Virus record (IMG/VR): IMGVR_UViG_3300020181_000005
Span: 1-40,241 of that record
DNA from: a virus
DNA length: 40,241 nt
Direction: 5' to 3' (one strand)
The first letter of the stretch is position 1. Each line of letters opens with the position of its first letter. Shown in pieces: positions 23,926 to 33,500 of the stretch. The notes beneath the pieces were generated by a model, which was given only the letters and a program-made list of their open reading frames with translations, was not told where the DNA came from and did not search any database. A program made the position numbers and the translations under genes.

Positions 23926-24492
23926 ATGTCGATCACCACTGCATCCAGCATCCGACGTCGTCGGCACGAGCAGAACCGCAACACGGAGGGGGCCGAGGTC
24001 TTCAATGCGAACGGCCTCGCCCCCGCCGCTGCGGGCGCTGACGTGCTGACTGATCACACTCAGTCACCCGCTGTCGTCGGGGAGCGTCCGCCGCTCACCG
24101 GTCGCGGCAGCGGGAAGGAGTCGTGGACAGCGTTCGCGACGAGCAACGGCTACGCGGAGAGCGATCTCGACGGGCTGACCCGCGACCAGATCGCGGCGCT
24201 CGAGTATCCGAAGCCGGGCGAGCCTGACCGGGGCGACGACGGCGGCGTCGTCGACGTCACTCAGACGGAGGTCGAGAGCTCGAGCGAGCTCGAGGCTGAC
24301 ACTGAGGGCGAGCGCGTCGGCGACTACGCGGACACGCCCGGCGTCGACTCGGAAGAGTCGCTCGTCGAGGTCGAGGCGGCTCCCGCTGACGGTGAGGACG
24401 GCCCTGCCGGGTCTGTCGTCGTCGACGGCGTCGAGTATGAGGGCGAGATCCCCGCGAGCGCGGCTGTCGAGCCCGCCCGCGAGAACGACTGA
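23926..24492 (+). CDS. hypothetical acidic protein with a HeH/Rho-N-like motif
   Basis: 188 aa; ...ESWTAFATSNGYAESDLDGLTRDQIAAL...; Asp/Glu-rich C-terminus. Confidence 0.6.
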   Translation: MSITTASSIRRRRHEQNRNTEGAEVFNANGLAPAAAGADVLTDHTQSPAVVGERPPLTGRGSGKESWTAFATSNGYAESDLDGLTRDQIAALEYPKPGEPDRGDDGGVVDVTQTEVESSSELEADTEGERVGDYADTPGVDSEESLVEVEAAPADGEDGPAGSVVVDGVEYEGEIPASAAVEPAREND

Positions 24493-24504
24493 CCGCACGA
24501 CCAT

Positions 24505-24544
24505 GAACCGGCTGCCTGAGGCTCGCGCTTCGGGTAGCCGGTTC
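24505..24544 (+). terminator. Hairpin after the capsid block
   Basis: Outer 9-bp stem GAACCGGCT/AGCCGGTTC, with further inner pairing. Confidence 0.45.
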
Positions 24545-24567
24545 GTCGTATCTGGGAGGATGACGGC

Positions 24568-25089
24568 ATGACGATCTACGCGACCCCTGAGCAGCTGCGC
24601 GTGTTCATGTTCGGGGCAGACTCGAGCGAGCAGACGCCCGTGAACGCGTCGCTGCTGCTACGCAAGGCGTCAGGGCTCGTCTCTGACGCGACGAAGGCTG
24701 CAGTGTACGAGACGACGAGCGACGGCCTGGCGAGCGATCCTGCAGTCGCTGACGCGCTGCGCACGGCGACTCTGCAGCAGGCTGAGGCATGGGCGCTGAA
24801 CGGCATCGTGCCGGGCACGCTGGCGGCGACGAAGCAGCGCGTCGCGTCGAAGTCTCTCGGCGGCGCGAGCGTCTCGTACGAGGCGAACGCTGAAGCGGTG
24901 GCTGCAGCGAACGCGCTCGCGTCCGGCGAAGAGCTGGTGGGTGACGCCTACCGCACGTTGCGGGCGGCGGGGCTGCTGTCGACGCGTGTGAACGGCGGCG
25001 AGCGTGTGGGAGCTGCCTACGTCGGCAGCTGGCCGCTCGACGTGCCGACTGGGCGAGAGATCGGCCCCGGCGACGTGGGGCTGCCGTGA
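24568..25089 (+). CDS. Head-to-tail adaptor (connector) protein
   Basis: 173 aa. MTIYATPEQLRVFM...LLLRKASGLV...TLQQAEAW... is a typical gp6/gp15-like connector N-terminus, and the position fits. Confidence 0.6.
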   Translation: MTIYATPEQLRVFMFGADSSEQTPVNASLLLRKASGLVSDATKAAVYETTSDGLASDPAVADALRTATLQQAEAWALNGIVPGTLAATKQRVASKSLGGASVSYEANAEAVAAANALASGEELVGDAYRTLRAAGLLSTRVNGGERVGAAYVGSWPLDVPTGREIGPGDVGLP

Positions 25090-25415
25090 GCGACTTCGGG
25101 GAGGTCTTCGACGAATGGCTTACCGAGACTGTCGAGATCAGCCCTCGGCTGGGCGCGGGCGCGGAGGGCGTGCAGTACGGCGAGCCGCAGCGGATCGAGG
25201 GCTGCATGATCGACGACAGCGCTCGTCTCATCCGCGCGAGCGACGGCAACCAGATCGTGAGCGACACGACGATCTACGTGCCGACGAGTAGGGCGGATGC
25301 TGTGGAGCTCCACGCTCGAGTGAAGCTGCCGAGCGGGCGTGTCGCGACTGCTGAGCGCATCGCCCGGCCTGAGGTCTACGGCATCTTCGATTTCGTGGTG
25401 GTGAATCTCGCGTGA
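25086..25415 (+). CDS. Head closure / head-tail joining protein
   Basis: GTGA coupling; 109 aa; called from position in the connector module. Confidence 0.5.
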   Translation: MSDFGEVFDEWLTETVEISPRLGAGAEGVQYGEPQRIEGCMIDDSARLIRASDGNQIVSDTTIYVPTSRADAVELHARVKLPSGRVATAERIARPEVYGIFDFVVVNLA

Positions 25416-25774
25416 GTAAGGGCGGGGTGGATCTCGACGTGAGCGGCGTGCTGAGCAAGCTGCTGCGCGCGAAGACGAACGGGCGCAAGGGCGCGCTGAA
25501 GGGCGCGTACCGCGCTGGGGAGCACGTGCTGGGCGTCTCGAACGAGCGGGTGCCGCATGAGGAAGGAGATCTCGAGCGCTCAGGCGGCGTCTCGCAGGCG
25601 GGCGACGTGACGGCGATCAGCTACGACACGGATTACGCGGTCGTGCAGCATGAGGATCTGAGTCTGAATCACGACGACGGGCGGCAGGCGAAGTATCTCG
25701 AGAGCGCGCTGATCAGTGAGCGTGAGACGATCAAGGCGCTGATCGCGCAGGGCGCGAAGGAGGATCTGCTGTGA
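25412..25774 (+). CDS. HK97 gp10-like tail completion / neck protein
   Basis: ...ERVPHEEGDLERSG...ISYDTDYAVVQHEDLSLNHDDGRQAKYLESAL is a gp10-family pattern. Confidence 0.6.
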   Translation: MSKGGVDLDVSGVLSKLLRAKTNGRKGALKGAYRAGEHVLGVSNERVPHEEGDLERSGGVSQAGDVTAISYDTDYAVVQHEDLSLNHDDGRQAKYLESALISERETIKALIAQGAKEDLL

Positions 25775-26199
25775 ACTGGGTGACGACGCTGCGATACGCC
25801 GTCGCGAAGGCGACAGCTGACGAGTCGGGCGGGCTGATTACGTGGCGGCAGCCGCCCGGCGTCTATCTGCCGACTGAGCTGGGCATCTACAACACGGTGC
25901 TGCCTGAGTCGCCGAATGAGGCGATCGCGCTCGGGCTGTACCCCGTCACTGAGGGCGTTGAGACGACGATGGGCGTCCAGTTCCGCTATCGCGCGGCCAC
26001 GGATGCCCGACTGGATGAGATCGAAGACCGGTTGTCGAACAGCTGGACGCAGCGCGAAGCTGGTACTCTCGAGCCGATAGAGCTGATCATGTGCCAGTGG
26101 TCGTCGGGTGCGTCTCTCGGGCAGGACAGCGGCGGACGGCTCACCCGTTCGGCAAACTTCTACCTGACGGCGAACAGGCCGCTCAGATATCGCACCTGA
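25771..26199 (+). CDS. Tail terminator-like protein
   Basis: GTGA coupling; 142 aa; immediately upstream of the major tail protein gene. Confidence 0.5.
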   Translation: MNWVTTLRYAVAKATADESGGLITWRQPPGVYLPTELGIYNTVLPESPNEAIALGLYPVTEGVETTMGVQFRYRAATDARLDEIEDRLSNSWTQREAGTLEPIELIMCQWSSGASLGQDSGGRLTRSANFYLTANRPLRYRT

Positions 26200-26212
26200 A
26201 AGGACTGGGCAA

Positions 26213-26722
26213 ATGGCAGTAGCAGATCGCACTCCGCTCGGCGCCACGACCACGAACCGGAAGTGGTTCCTCGACGTCGACGCTGCGAGCGACGCTGCGA
26301 CCCCCGACTGGACGGGCGTGCATGGCATCACTGCCTTCACGCCGGGCGTCGAGGGCTCGCTGCAGGACGACTCCGACTTCGACGGCGGCGGCTGGGGCTC
26401 GCAGACGAACACGCGGAACGCGTGGGCGAACGAGCTCACCGTGAAGCGCGGCACCGTCAAGGGCTCGACGCCGAAGGTCTACGATCCCGGCCAGGAGATC
26501 CTTCGTCTCGCCGGGGCTCGCACCGGCGAAGAGAACAGCGTGCATGTGCGCTGGTACGAGATGGAGCGCAACGGCCCCCGCGTCGAAGCGTACGAGGGCT
26601 GGGCTGCGGTGACGTGGACCGACGACGGCGGCGACAGCGCTGCTCTCTCGACGGCCACGATCACGCTCACCGGCCAGGGCGAGCGCATCGAGATCGCGCA
26701 CCCGGACACGACCGCGGGCTAA
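26213..26722 (+). CDS. Major tail protein
   Basis: 169 aa. GAAAGGA ribosome-binding site. It precedes the chaperone/frameshift pair, and a strong hairpin lies downstream. Confidence 0.75.
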   Translation: MAVADRTPLGATTTNRKWFLDVDAASDAATPDWTGVHGITAFTPGVEGSLQDDSDFDGGGWGSQTNTRNAWANELTVKRGTVKGSTPKVYDPGQEILRLAGARTGEENSVHVRWYEMERNGPRVEAYEGWAAVTWTDDGGDSAALSTATITLTGQGERIEIAHPDTTAG

Positions 26723-26733
26723 CTTAGTTCGCG
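26720..26733 (+). promoter_or_regulatory. Promoter-family motif copy H (no -35); overlaps the major tail gene stop codon
   Basis: The exact 11-mer TAACTTAGTTC starts at the TAA stop. The sequence 17 bp upstream (CGCACC) is not -35-like. Confidence 0.3.
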
Positions 26734-26746
26734 TTTCCCGTACACT

Positions 26747-26784
26747 AAGGGGAGTCGTCAGCAGCTTGCTGGTCGGCTCCCCTT
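26747..26784 (+). terminator. Strong hairpin after the major tail protein gene
   Basis: Stem AAGGGGAGTCG...CGGCTCCCCTT plus an inner stem CAGCA/TGCTG, about 16 bp in total. It is followed by TTAGTTCGTTCTCA. Confidence 0.7.
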
Positions 26785-26812
26785 AGTTCGTTCTCACCAT
26801 AGGAGCAGCGTC

Positions 26813-27346
26813 GTGGCAGATCTCTCTCAGTTCATGGACTTCATGGAAGACGAGGGAGGTGTCGGCGGCTTCGACTCGCCGCTCATGCCGTCGCGTAGCC
26901 ACCCGAACGGGAAGAGCTACCACGTCCCCTCCCCGGACGCTGCTACCGGCATGTGGCTCTCGACGCTCGCTGAGCTGAGCATGAAGGCGAAGCAGGGCGG
27001 CAAGCTCCACGAGGGCGACGCTGAGCGGCTGAAGCTCGACGACGAGCAGGAGCGCGAGTTCATCCCGCGCGTGCTGTCGCGTCCCGTCTTCGACGAGATG
27101 GTCGCTGACGGCGTGCGGTGGGAGCATATGAAGCGGCTCTCGAGCTTCGCGTTCACGTACTTCGCGATCGGCAAGGACGTCGCGACGTCGGCTGCCGAAG
27201 CGGGAGCGTTCTCGGGAAAAGTGCTGGCTCCCGCGAACCGGGAGCAGCGGAGGGCAGCGACGAAGAAGACAACGCCGACGAGTGGAACCCGCGCAACGAC
27301 TTCGGGCTCCGGCGCTTCGAGGACGCGGAAGACGACTCCGAGCTGA
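26813..27346 (+). CDS. Tail assembly chaperone (G-like, unshifted product)
   Basis: 177 aa, between the major tail and tape measure genes. Contains the slippery site. Confidence 0.8.
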   Translation: MADLSQFMDFMEDEGGVGGFDSPLMPSRSHPNGKSYHVPSPDAATGMWLSTLAELSMKAKQGGKLHEGDAERLKLDDEQEREFIPRVLSRPVFDEMVADGVRWEHMKRLSSFAFTYFAIGKDVATSAAEAGAFSGKVLAPANREQRRAATKKTTPTSGTRATTSGSGASRTRKTTPS

Positions 27347-27570
27347 CGCTGACGAATATCCTGCGCCGCTGGAATCTCGTCGAGCTCGACTTCCAAGAGG
27401 TCTACAGCATCGACATTGCCGAGCCGGGGCTGTTGCGGCGCCGGTCGTGGCGCTGGATGCGGCTGCGACTCATTGGGCTACTATCGACTGAGAGTCGGAT
27501 TCAGCGGGTCCTGAATCCTACGCCTGAGCAGAAGAAGGCGCTCGCGAAAGCGCGCCAGGAGCAGCGATAG
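26813..27570 (+). CDS. Tail assembly chaperone, -1 frameshift product (G-T-like; 26813..27220 joined to 27220..27570)
   Basis: The downstream ORF is in the -1 frame and has no credible start or ribbosome-binding site of its own. The heptamer G_GGA_AAA lies in the zero frame at 27214-27220. Confidence 0.75.
27214..27220 (+). other. Programmed -1 ribosomal frameshift slippery heptamer GGGAAAA
   Basis: X_XXY_YYZ in the frame of 26813..27346 (..TCG GGA AAA GTG..). Confidence 0.75.
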
Positions 27571-27585
27571 GAAACGGACCCGCGC

Positions 27586-29673
27586 ATGGCACTCGATCTC
27601 GGAGAGCTCGTCGCGAAGCTTCGCATTGACGACTCCGACTGGTCGGGCGCTCTCGATCGTGCTGACGGTAAGGCGCGGGGCTTCGGCTCGAGCGTGCTGG
27701 GCACGATGGGCGGCGTCGTCGGCGGCATCACTGCTCTGTGGGGCGGCGTCGAGATCGGCCAGTTCTTCATGGACGGCATCGACTACGCGTCGGATCTCAG
27801 TGAGACGCTGAGCAAGAGCACGAAGATCTTCGGCGACCAGGCGGGCGCTGTGGAGGCGTGGTCGCGTAACGCGTCGACGAGTGTGGGCCTGTCGCAGAAC
27901 GCGGCTGTCGCTGCGGCTGCGGGCTTCGGCGATATGTTCACGCAGATCGGCTTCGCCGGTGCTGAGGCAGCCAACATGAGCACGAACGCCGTGCAGATGG
28001 CGGCGGATCTCGGGTCGTTCTCGAACCTCGACACTGCCGACGTCGCCGACCGGATGAGTGCCGCGTTCCGAGGCGAATACGACTCGCTTCAGGCTGTCAT
28101 CCCCGGTATCAATGCGGCGCGCGTCGAGAGCGAAGCGCTCGCGATGACCGGCAAGGATACGGCGGCGTCGCTGACCGCTCAGGAGAAGGCTGCAGCTGTT
28201 CTCGCGATCGTGCAGAAGGACGGCGCTCGCGCGATGGGCGACTTCGCCGACACGAGCGACGGCTACGCGAACAGCTCGAAGATTGTCGCCGCTCAGATGG
28301 AAGAGCTCGGCGGCAAGGTTGGGCAGCTCGTGCTGCCCGCGCTGCAGGGGCTGCAGGCGATCCTGCTCGACAACGTCATCCCCGCGATGGAGGGTGTCGT
28401 CGAGTGGATCGGGCAGAACCTCGATCTGCTCGGCCAGCTCGGGACAGCGCTCGCGATCGCGGGCGGCGCCTGGGTGATCATGACTGCGGGCGTCGCCGCA
28501 TACAACGCGATCATGACGACGTACCGGGCGATCCAGGCTGCGGGCACGGTCGCGCAGTGGGCCTTCAACGCTGCAGCTGCAGCGAACCCTGTCGGGCTCG
28601 TCATCATCGCGATCACCGCTCTCATCGCCGTAATCGTGCTGCTCGTCATGAACTGGGACACCGTCGTCTCGTTCATCACCGAGATCTGGAACGGCTTCAT
28701 CGCGTGGATCGTCGAGGTCACTGCAGGCTTCGTCGAGGGCTGGAACGCCATGTGGGCGGCGGTCGGCGCGTGGATCTCTGAAGTGTGGAACGGCATCGTG
28801 ACTGCCGTGTCCGGCTTCGTGCAGGGCATGGTCGACTTCATCGTCGCTGTGATCACCGGCTACGTCTCGTTCTGGATGGGTGTCTGGCAGAGCGTGCTCG
28901 ACTTCGTCGTCGGCGTGTGGAACGGGATCGTGTCGGGCGTCTCGGGCTTCGTGACGGCGCTCGTGAACTTCATCATTGCCGCGATCACGGGCTACGTCGC
29001 GTTCTGGCAGAGCGTTTGGCAGGGTGTCGCATCGTTCGTCGCTGGCGTGTGGAACGGCATCATGTCGACCGTCTCGGGGATCGTGAGCGGGCTCGTCAAC
29101 TTCTTCCGCTCGAGCTTCCAGGGCGTCGCCGACTTCCTGTCGGGTATCTGGCGCGGCATCGCTTCAGTGATCTCTGACACCTGGAACGGCGTCATGAGCT
29201 TCCTCAGCGGCATCCCCGGGCAGATCATGGGATTCTTCAGCGGCATCGGCGGCTGGCTCTACAGCGCGGGACGCGATCTGATCAACGGTCTGCTGAACGG
29301 GATCCGCTCGCTGGCTGGCACGATCGGCTCGTTCTTCCTGAACATGCTGCCCGACTGGATCGTCGGTCCCTTCAAGGCTGCTATGGGCATCGCGTCGCCG
29401 TCGAAGCTGTTCCGCGAGTACGGGCAGAACACCGTGCAGGGGTATCTGCGCGGTGTCGAGGATCTGAAGCCCGATCTGGACGCCGAGATGGCGCAGCTCG
29501 TGAACGCTCCCGAAGTGCAGCTCGCGGGGGCTGCAGCGCCGAGCTCGAGCGTCGACGCCAGGCCGAACGTGACGACGCACAAGGAGATCCACTACCACGC
29601 AGCTGAGCACCAGTCGCTCAGCTCCGAGGAAGCGCTGTTTGCAGCGCTGTCGAGCCCCAGGGCGGAGGACTGA
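27586..29673 (+). CDS. Tape measure protein
   Basis: 695 aa after the chaperones. It has hydrophobic repeat blocks (VWNGIV(S/T)xVSGFVxxxVxFIxAxITGYVxFW, repeated). Confidence 0.9.
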   Translation: MALDLGELVAKLRIDDSDWSGALDRADGKARGFGSSVLGTMGGVVGGITALWGGVEIGQFFMDGIDYASDLSETLSKSTKIFGDQAGAVEAWSRNASTSVGLSQNAAVAAAAGFGDMFTQIGFAGAEAANMSTNAVQMAADLGSFSNLDTADVADRMSAAFRGEYDSLQAVIPGINAARVESEALAMTGKDTAASLTAQEKAAAVLAIVQKDGARAMGDFADTSDGYANSSKIVAAQMEELGGKVGQLVLPALQGLQAILLDNVIPAMEGVVEWIGQNLDLLGQLGTALAIAGGAWVIMTAGVAAYNAIMTTYRAIQAAGTVAQWAFNAAAAANPVGLVIIAITALIAVIVLLVMNWDTVVSFITEIWNGFIAWIVEVTAGFVEGWNAMWAAVGAWISEVWNGIVTAVSGFVQGMVDFIVAVITGYVSFWMGVWQSVLDFVVGVWNGIVSGVSGFVTALVNFIIAAITGYVAFWQSVWQGVASFVAGVWNGIMSTVSGIVSGLVNFFRSSFQGVADFLSGIWRGIASVISDTWNGVMSFLSGIPGQIMGFFSGIGGWLYSAGRDLINGLLNGIRSLAGTIGSFFLNMLPDWIVGPFKAAMGIASPSKLFREYGQNTVQGYLRGVEDLKPDLDAEMAQLVNAPEVQLAGAAAPSSSVDARPNVTTHKEIHYHAAEHQSLSSEEALFAALSSPRAED

Positions 29674-29674
29674 C

Positions 29675-30553
29675 GTGCGGGTAATGTCTCTGAGCTCGGT
29701 AGGCGGCGAGGTCGTCGCTGACGGTCGATCCGGCGTGCGCGCGAAGACGCGTCTGCGTGGCACGGGGCTGCCCCCTGTCGCTACGCAGTGGTTCGAGGGC
29801 GCCGGTGACGGCGCCGTGTACCGCACGGGGCGCGTGCTCGCTCGAACGATGGATCTCGATCTGAAGGTGTACGGCAAGAATCGCGAGCAGGTGCGCGCGG
29901 GGCTGTCGCTGCTGGGCAAGATCTTCGCGCCCGGTGCGGGCGACGTGCGGCTGACGGTCGATCTCGACGGCGATCCGTGGTTCGTCGACGTGCGACGCAC
30001 GGGCGGCGGCGATTGGTCGTGGGACAGCGACACGGACGGCAGTACGTTCGTGAAGACGATCATTACCGTGCAGGCGGGTGACCCGTATTGGACGCGCGTC
30101 GACGAAGAGCAGCGGTCGATCACTCCGGGCGGACTGGATCGCGGCCTGCTCAACAATGTGTCGCTGTCGCAGCTGGCGGTGTCGACGACGACGGCGCTGG
30201 GTGAGGTCGATATCGAGAACACCGGCGACGTCGAGGTCTTCCCTCGCACGACGATCTGGGCGCCGTTCACCGGCTTCGAGCTCGTTTCTCCGAAGGGTGA
30301 GCGGGTGCTGTGGGGAAGTGGCGGGCGCGGCACGTTGGGTGAGCCGAAGACGTCGGGCTTCATCACGGTCGATCACGTGTTGGGCACGGTCGAGGACGAA
30401 ACAGGGCAGAATCTCTACCGGGGGCTGGGTAACGCTCCCCGATTCTGGGCGCTGCAGCCGGGGACGAGTCGAGCACTGATCACGGCGTTCGACGGTGGAG
30501 CAGGCACCCGGATTGACATGCTGTGGCAGCCGAAGCGATGGGTAATGTTCTAA
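29675..30553 (+). CDS. Distal tail protein (Dit-like minor tail protein)
   Basis: The GTG lies 4 nt after a GGAGGAC site; an ATG at 29684 is an alternative start. About 292 aa, directly after the tape measure gene. Confidence 0.6.
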   Translation: MRVMSLSSVGGEVVADGRSGVRAKTRLRGTGLPPVATQWFEGAGDGAVYRTGRVLARTMDLDLKVYGKNREQVRAGLSLLGKIFAPGAGDVRLTVDLDGDPWFVDVRRTGGGDWSWDSDTDGSTFVKTIITVQAGDPYWTRVDEEQRSITPGGLDRGLLNNVSLSQLAVSTTTALGEVDIENTGDVEVFPRTTIWAPFTGFELVSPKGERVLWGSGGRGTLGEPKTSGFITVDHVLGTVEDETGQNLYRGLGNAPRFWALQPGTSRALITAFDGGAGTRIDMLWQPKRWVMF

Positions 30554-33500
30554 TGAGGCGAACCGACGTTCTGGTCGAGATCCGCAACCGCGAGCTCGAG
30601 CGGGTGGGCGTGATTACGCCCCGGTATCTGAACCTCAAGGCGACGCTGCGGCACAACAATGTGGGCGACTGGGAGCTGAAGCTGCCGGGCAATCACCCGC
30701 GCGTGCCGGATCTCTCGACTCCCGGCTCTGGTGTCGTCGTGTCGATGCTGAATGAGTCGGGCGAGCTCGAGCCGCGTTTCTCGGGGCCGACGTCGCACCC
30801 GAAGCGCAAGCGCGATCGCGAGAACCCGGACGGCACGCTTACGTTCACGGGCGTTACGGACACCATTCTGCTCGCTGACGCGCGCGCGTTCCCTGACCCG
30901 ACGAACCCGAACCCTGCTCAGCAGGCGAAGACGAACGACACGCGCAGCGGCAACGCTGAGGCGCTGCTGCGCGCGTACGTGAGTCTGAACATCACCGCTG
31001 CAGGGGCGCCCCCGCAGCGCGTGGCGGGGCTGAGGCGCTTCCTCCGCGTCGAAGAGCAGTCGCTGCAGCGTGGCGCATGGATGACGAAGTCTCCGCGCTT
31101 CCAGAACCTGCTCGAGCTCTGCAACGAGATCGGCACACTCGCCCAGCTGGGGTTCCGCGTCATTCAGCGGGGCGACGATCTGGTCTTCGAGGTGCTCGAC
31201 GTGCGCGACGTGAGCGACACTGTGCGACTCGACATTGACAACGGCACTCTGATCAGCGAAGAGGTTGAAGAGTCCGGGCCGAGCGTGACACGCGTCATCG
31301 TCGCCGGGCAGGGGCAGGGCACTGAGCGGCAGATCCTGACGCGCACGACCGCAGAGTCGGCGGCAGCCGAGAACACGTGGGGTCGCGTCATCGAGGACTT
31401 CGTCGACGCTCGCGACACGGACGACGTCGCTGAGCTCGAGCAGTCGGGTGACGAGAAGCTCGTCGAGGGAGGCTCACCCGCGACGAGTGTGAAGGTGATC
31501 GCTGCCGACGATCAGACGATGCGCTATTCGATCGACTGGCGTGAAGGCGATATCGTCGGCGCTGTCGTCTCCGGGCAGAGCGTCTCGACCGTCGTAACGG
31601 CGGCGACGATCATCGTCAACAGCGAGTTCGTCGGCGTAGGCGCCGCGATCGGCGACGTCGTCGGCTTCGACAAGAATGCGGCGCTCACGAAGCGCGTCGA
31701 CGATATCGACTCCCGCGTCGAGCGCATCGAGCGCACACACGAGGGCGGCGGCGACGGACTTCCCGGCCCTGAGGGGGAGCAGGGCCCTCCCGGCCCGCCG
31801 AACGCGCTGACGATCGGATCTGTGACGAGCAGCGGAGACGGCGGAGCGGGCTCCGTGACGATCACGGGCGAGCCGCCCGCGCAGACTCTGAGCTTCGTTC
31901 TGCCGCGCGGATCTCGAGGCTCACAGGGGCCGCAGGGCCCGATCGGCGCGACCGGCCCGACGGGACCGACTGGCCCGAAGGGCGATAAGGGCGACACCGG
32001 CGCAACCGGCCCTCAGGGGCCGATAGGTGCGACCGGGGCGCAGGGCCCTCAGGGCGTCAAGGGTGACACGGGTGCAACGGGTGCTGTAGGAGCTCCCGCG
32101 ATCGTGTCGACTCACTCGACGGCGACAGCGCAGATCGTCGGGCCCGGGTCGATGGTCGGCCTGTCGCTCGAGACGGCGACGTCGGCGCTGCGCTGGGGCG
32201 ACGGGCAGACCGTGACGATGCGACCTGACGCCGACAAGAGCATTTTCATGACGGGCACTGTGGGCGGGGGATCGCCGACGGGCTACGTCTTCGACATTCA
32301 GGACACGAACGGCGTCGTCGGCGCTTCGTACACCGGCTGGTCAGTGACGATCTCGGGAGCTCGCGGCGCGAAGGGCGACACGGGATCTCGCGGCCCGACT
32401 GGCGCGACTGGACCGACGGGGCCGAAGGGTGACACTGGTGCTACGGGCCCGCAGGGGCCTCAGGGGCTGAAGGGCGACACCGGCGCTACCGGACCGACCG
32501 GACCGAAGGGTGACACTGGGCCGCAGGGTCTTCAGGGGCCCAAGGGAGATACGGGAGCTGTCGGCCCTCAGGGCCCGACGGGGGCGACGGGCGCGACCGG
32601 ACCGAAGGGTGACACCGGCGCGACGGGGCCTCAGGGACCGTCAGGCACGATCACGTCAGCGACTGCTGCAGCGCTCGCTGCAGGGGCGACTCCGACGATC
32701 ACGCTCGGCGGTACACCGCAGGCGCGTACTCTCGCGTTCGGCATCCCCAGGGGCGCTACGGGCGCAACCGGGCCGCAGGGCCCTGTCGGGGCGACTGGCC
32801 CTCAGGGGGCGAAGGGCGACACGGGCGATCGTGCGCGCGTTTCTGCGCAGGCGGACGGCACCGCGCAGCTCGTCGCGCCGGGGCAGATATTCTCGATCGG
32901 CCACACTCCGGGGCCTGAAGTGCTCATGTGGGGCGACGACCAGACGGTGATCATCCGCCCGTTTGACAGCTCGACGGACTACATGATCGGCACGCTCGGC
33001 GGCGGTGGGCCGACCGGCTACTTCTTCGATATCACGGACACAGTCGGCCTCGTCGGGACGTCGTACACCGGCTGGTCTATCGCGATATCGGGCCCTCGCG
33101 GTCCTCGCGGCGAGATCGGTCCTGTCGGGCAGCGTGGCACGCCGGGCGATCCCGGCATCACGCACGCAGAGTCGTCGAGCTCGGCAGATATCCCTGCTGT
33201 CGGTTCGACGCTGCAGCTCGACATGGTCCCGCCTGCGAACCGTCTGCAGTGGGGCGACCGGCAGACGGTGCTGCTGCGACCGACGAGCAATGACCAGCTG
33301 TGGGTGCTCGCGATGCTCGTCGATCAGGGCAGCAGTACGCACACGTACGAAGTGATCGACACGAACGCTCAGCTGGGCAACTCGTACAGCGGCTGGTCGG
33401 TCGCGATCGCTGGCGTGCGCGGTCCTCAGGGCGAGCAGGGGCCTCGAGGGAACACGGGCCCGACGGGAGCGACCGGACCGCAGGGTGTGAAGGGTGACAC

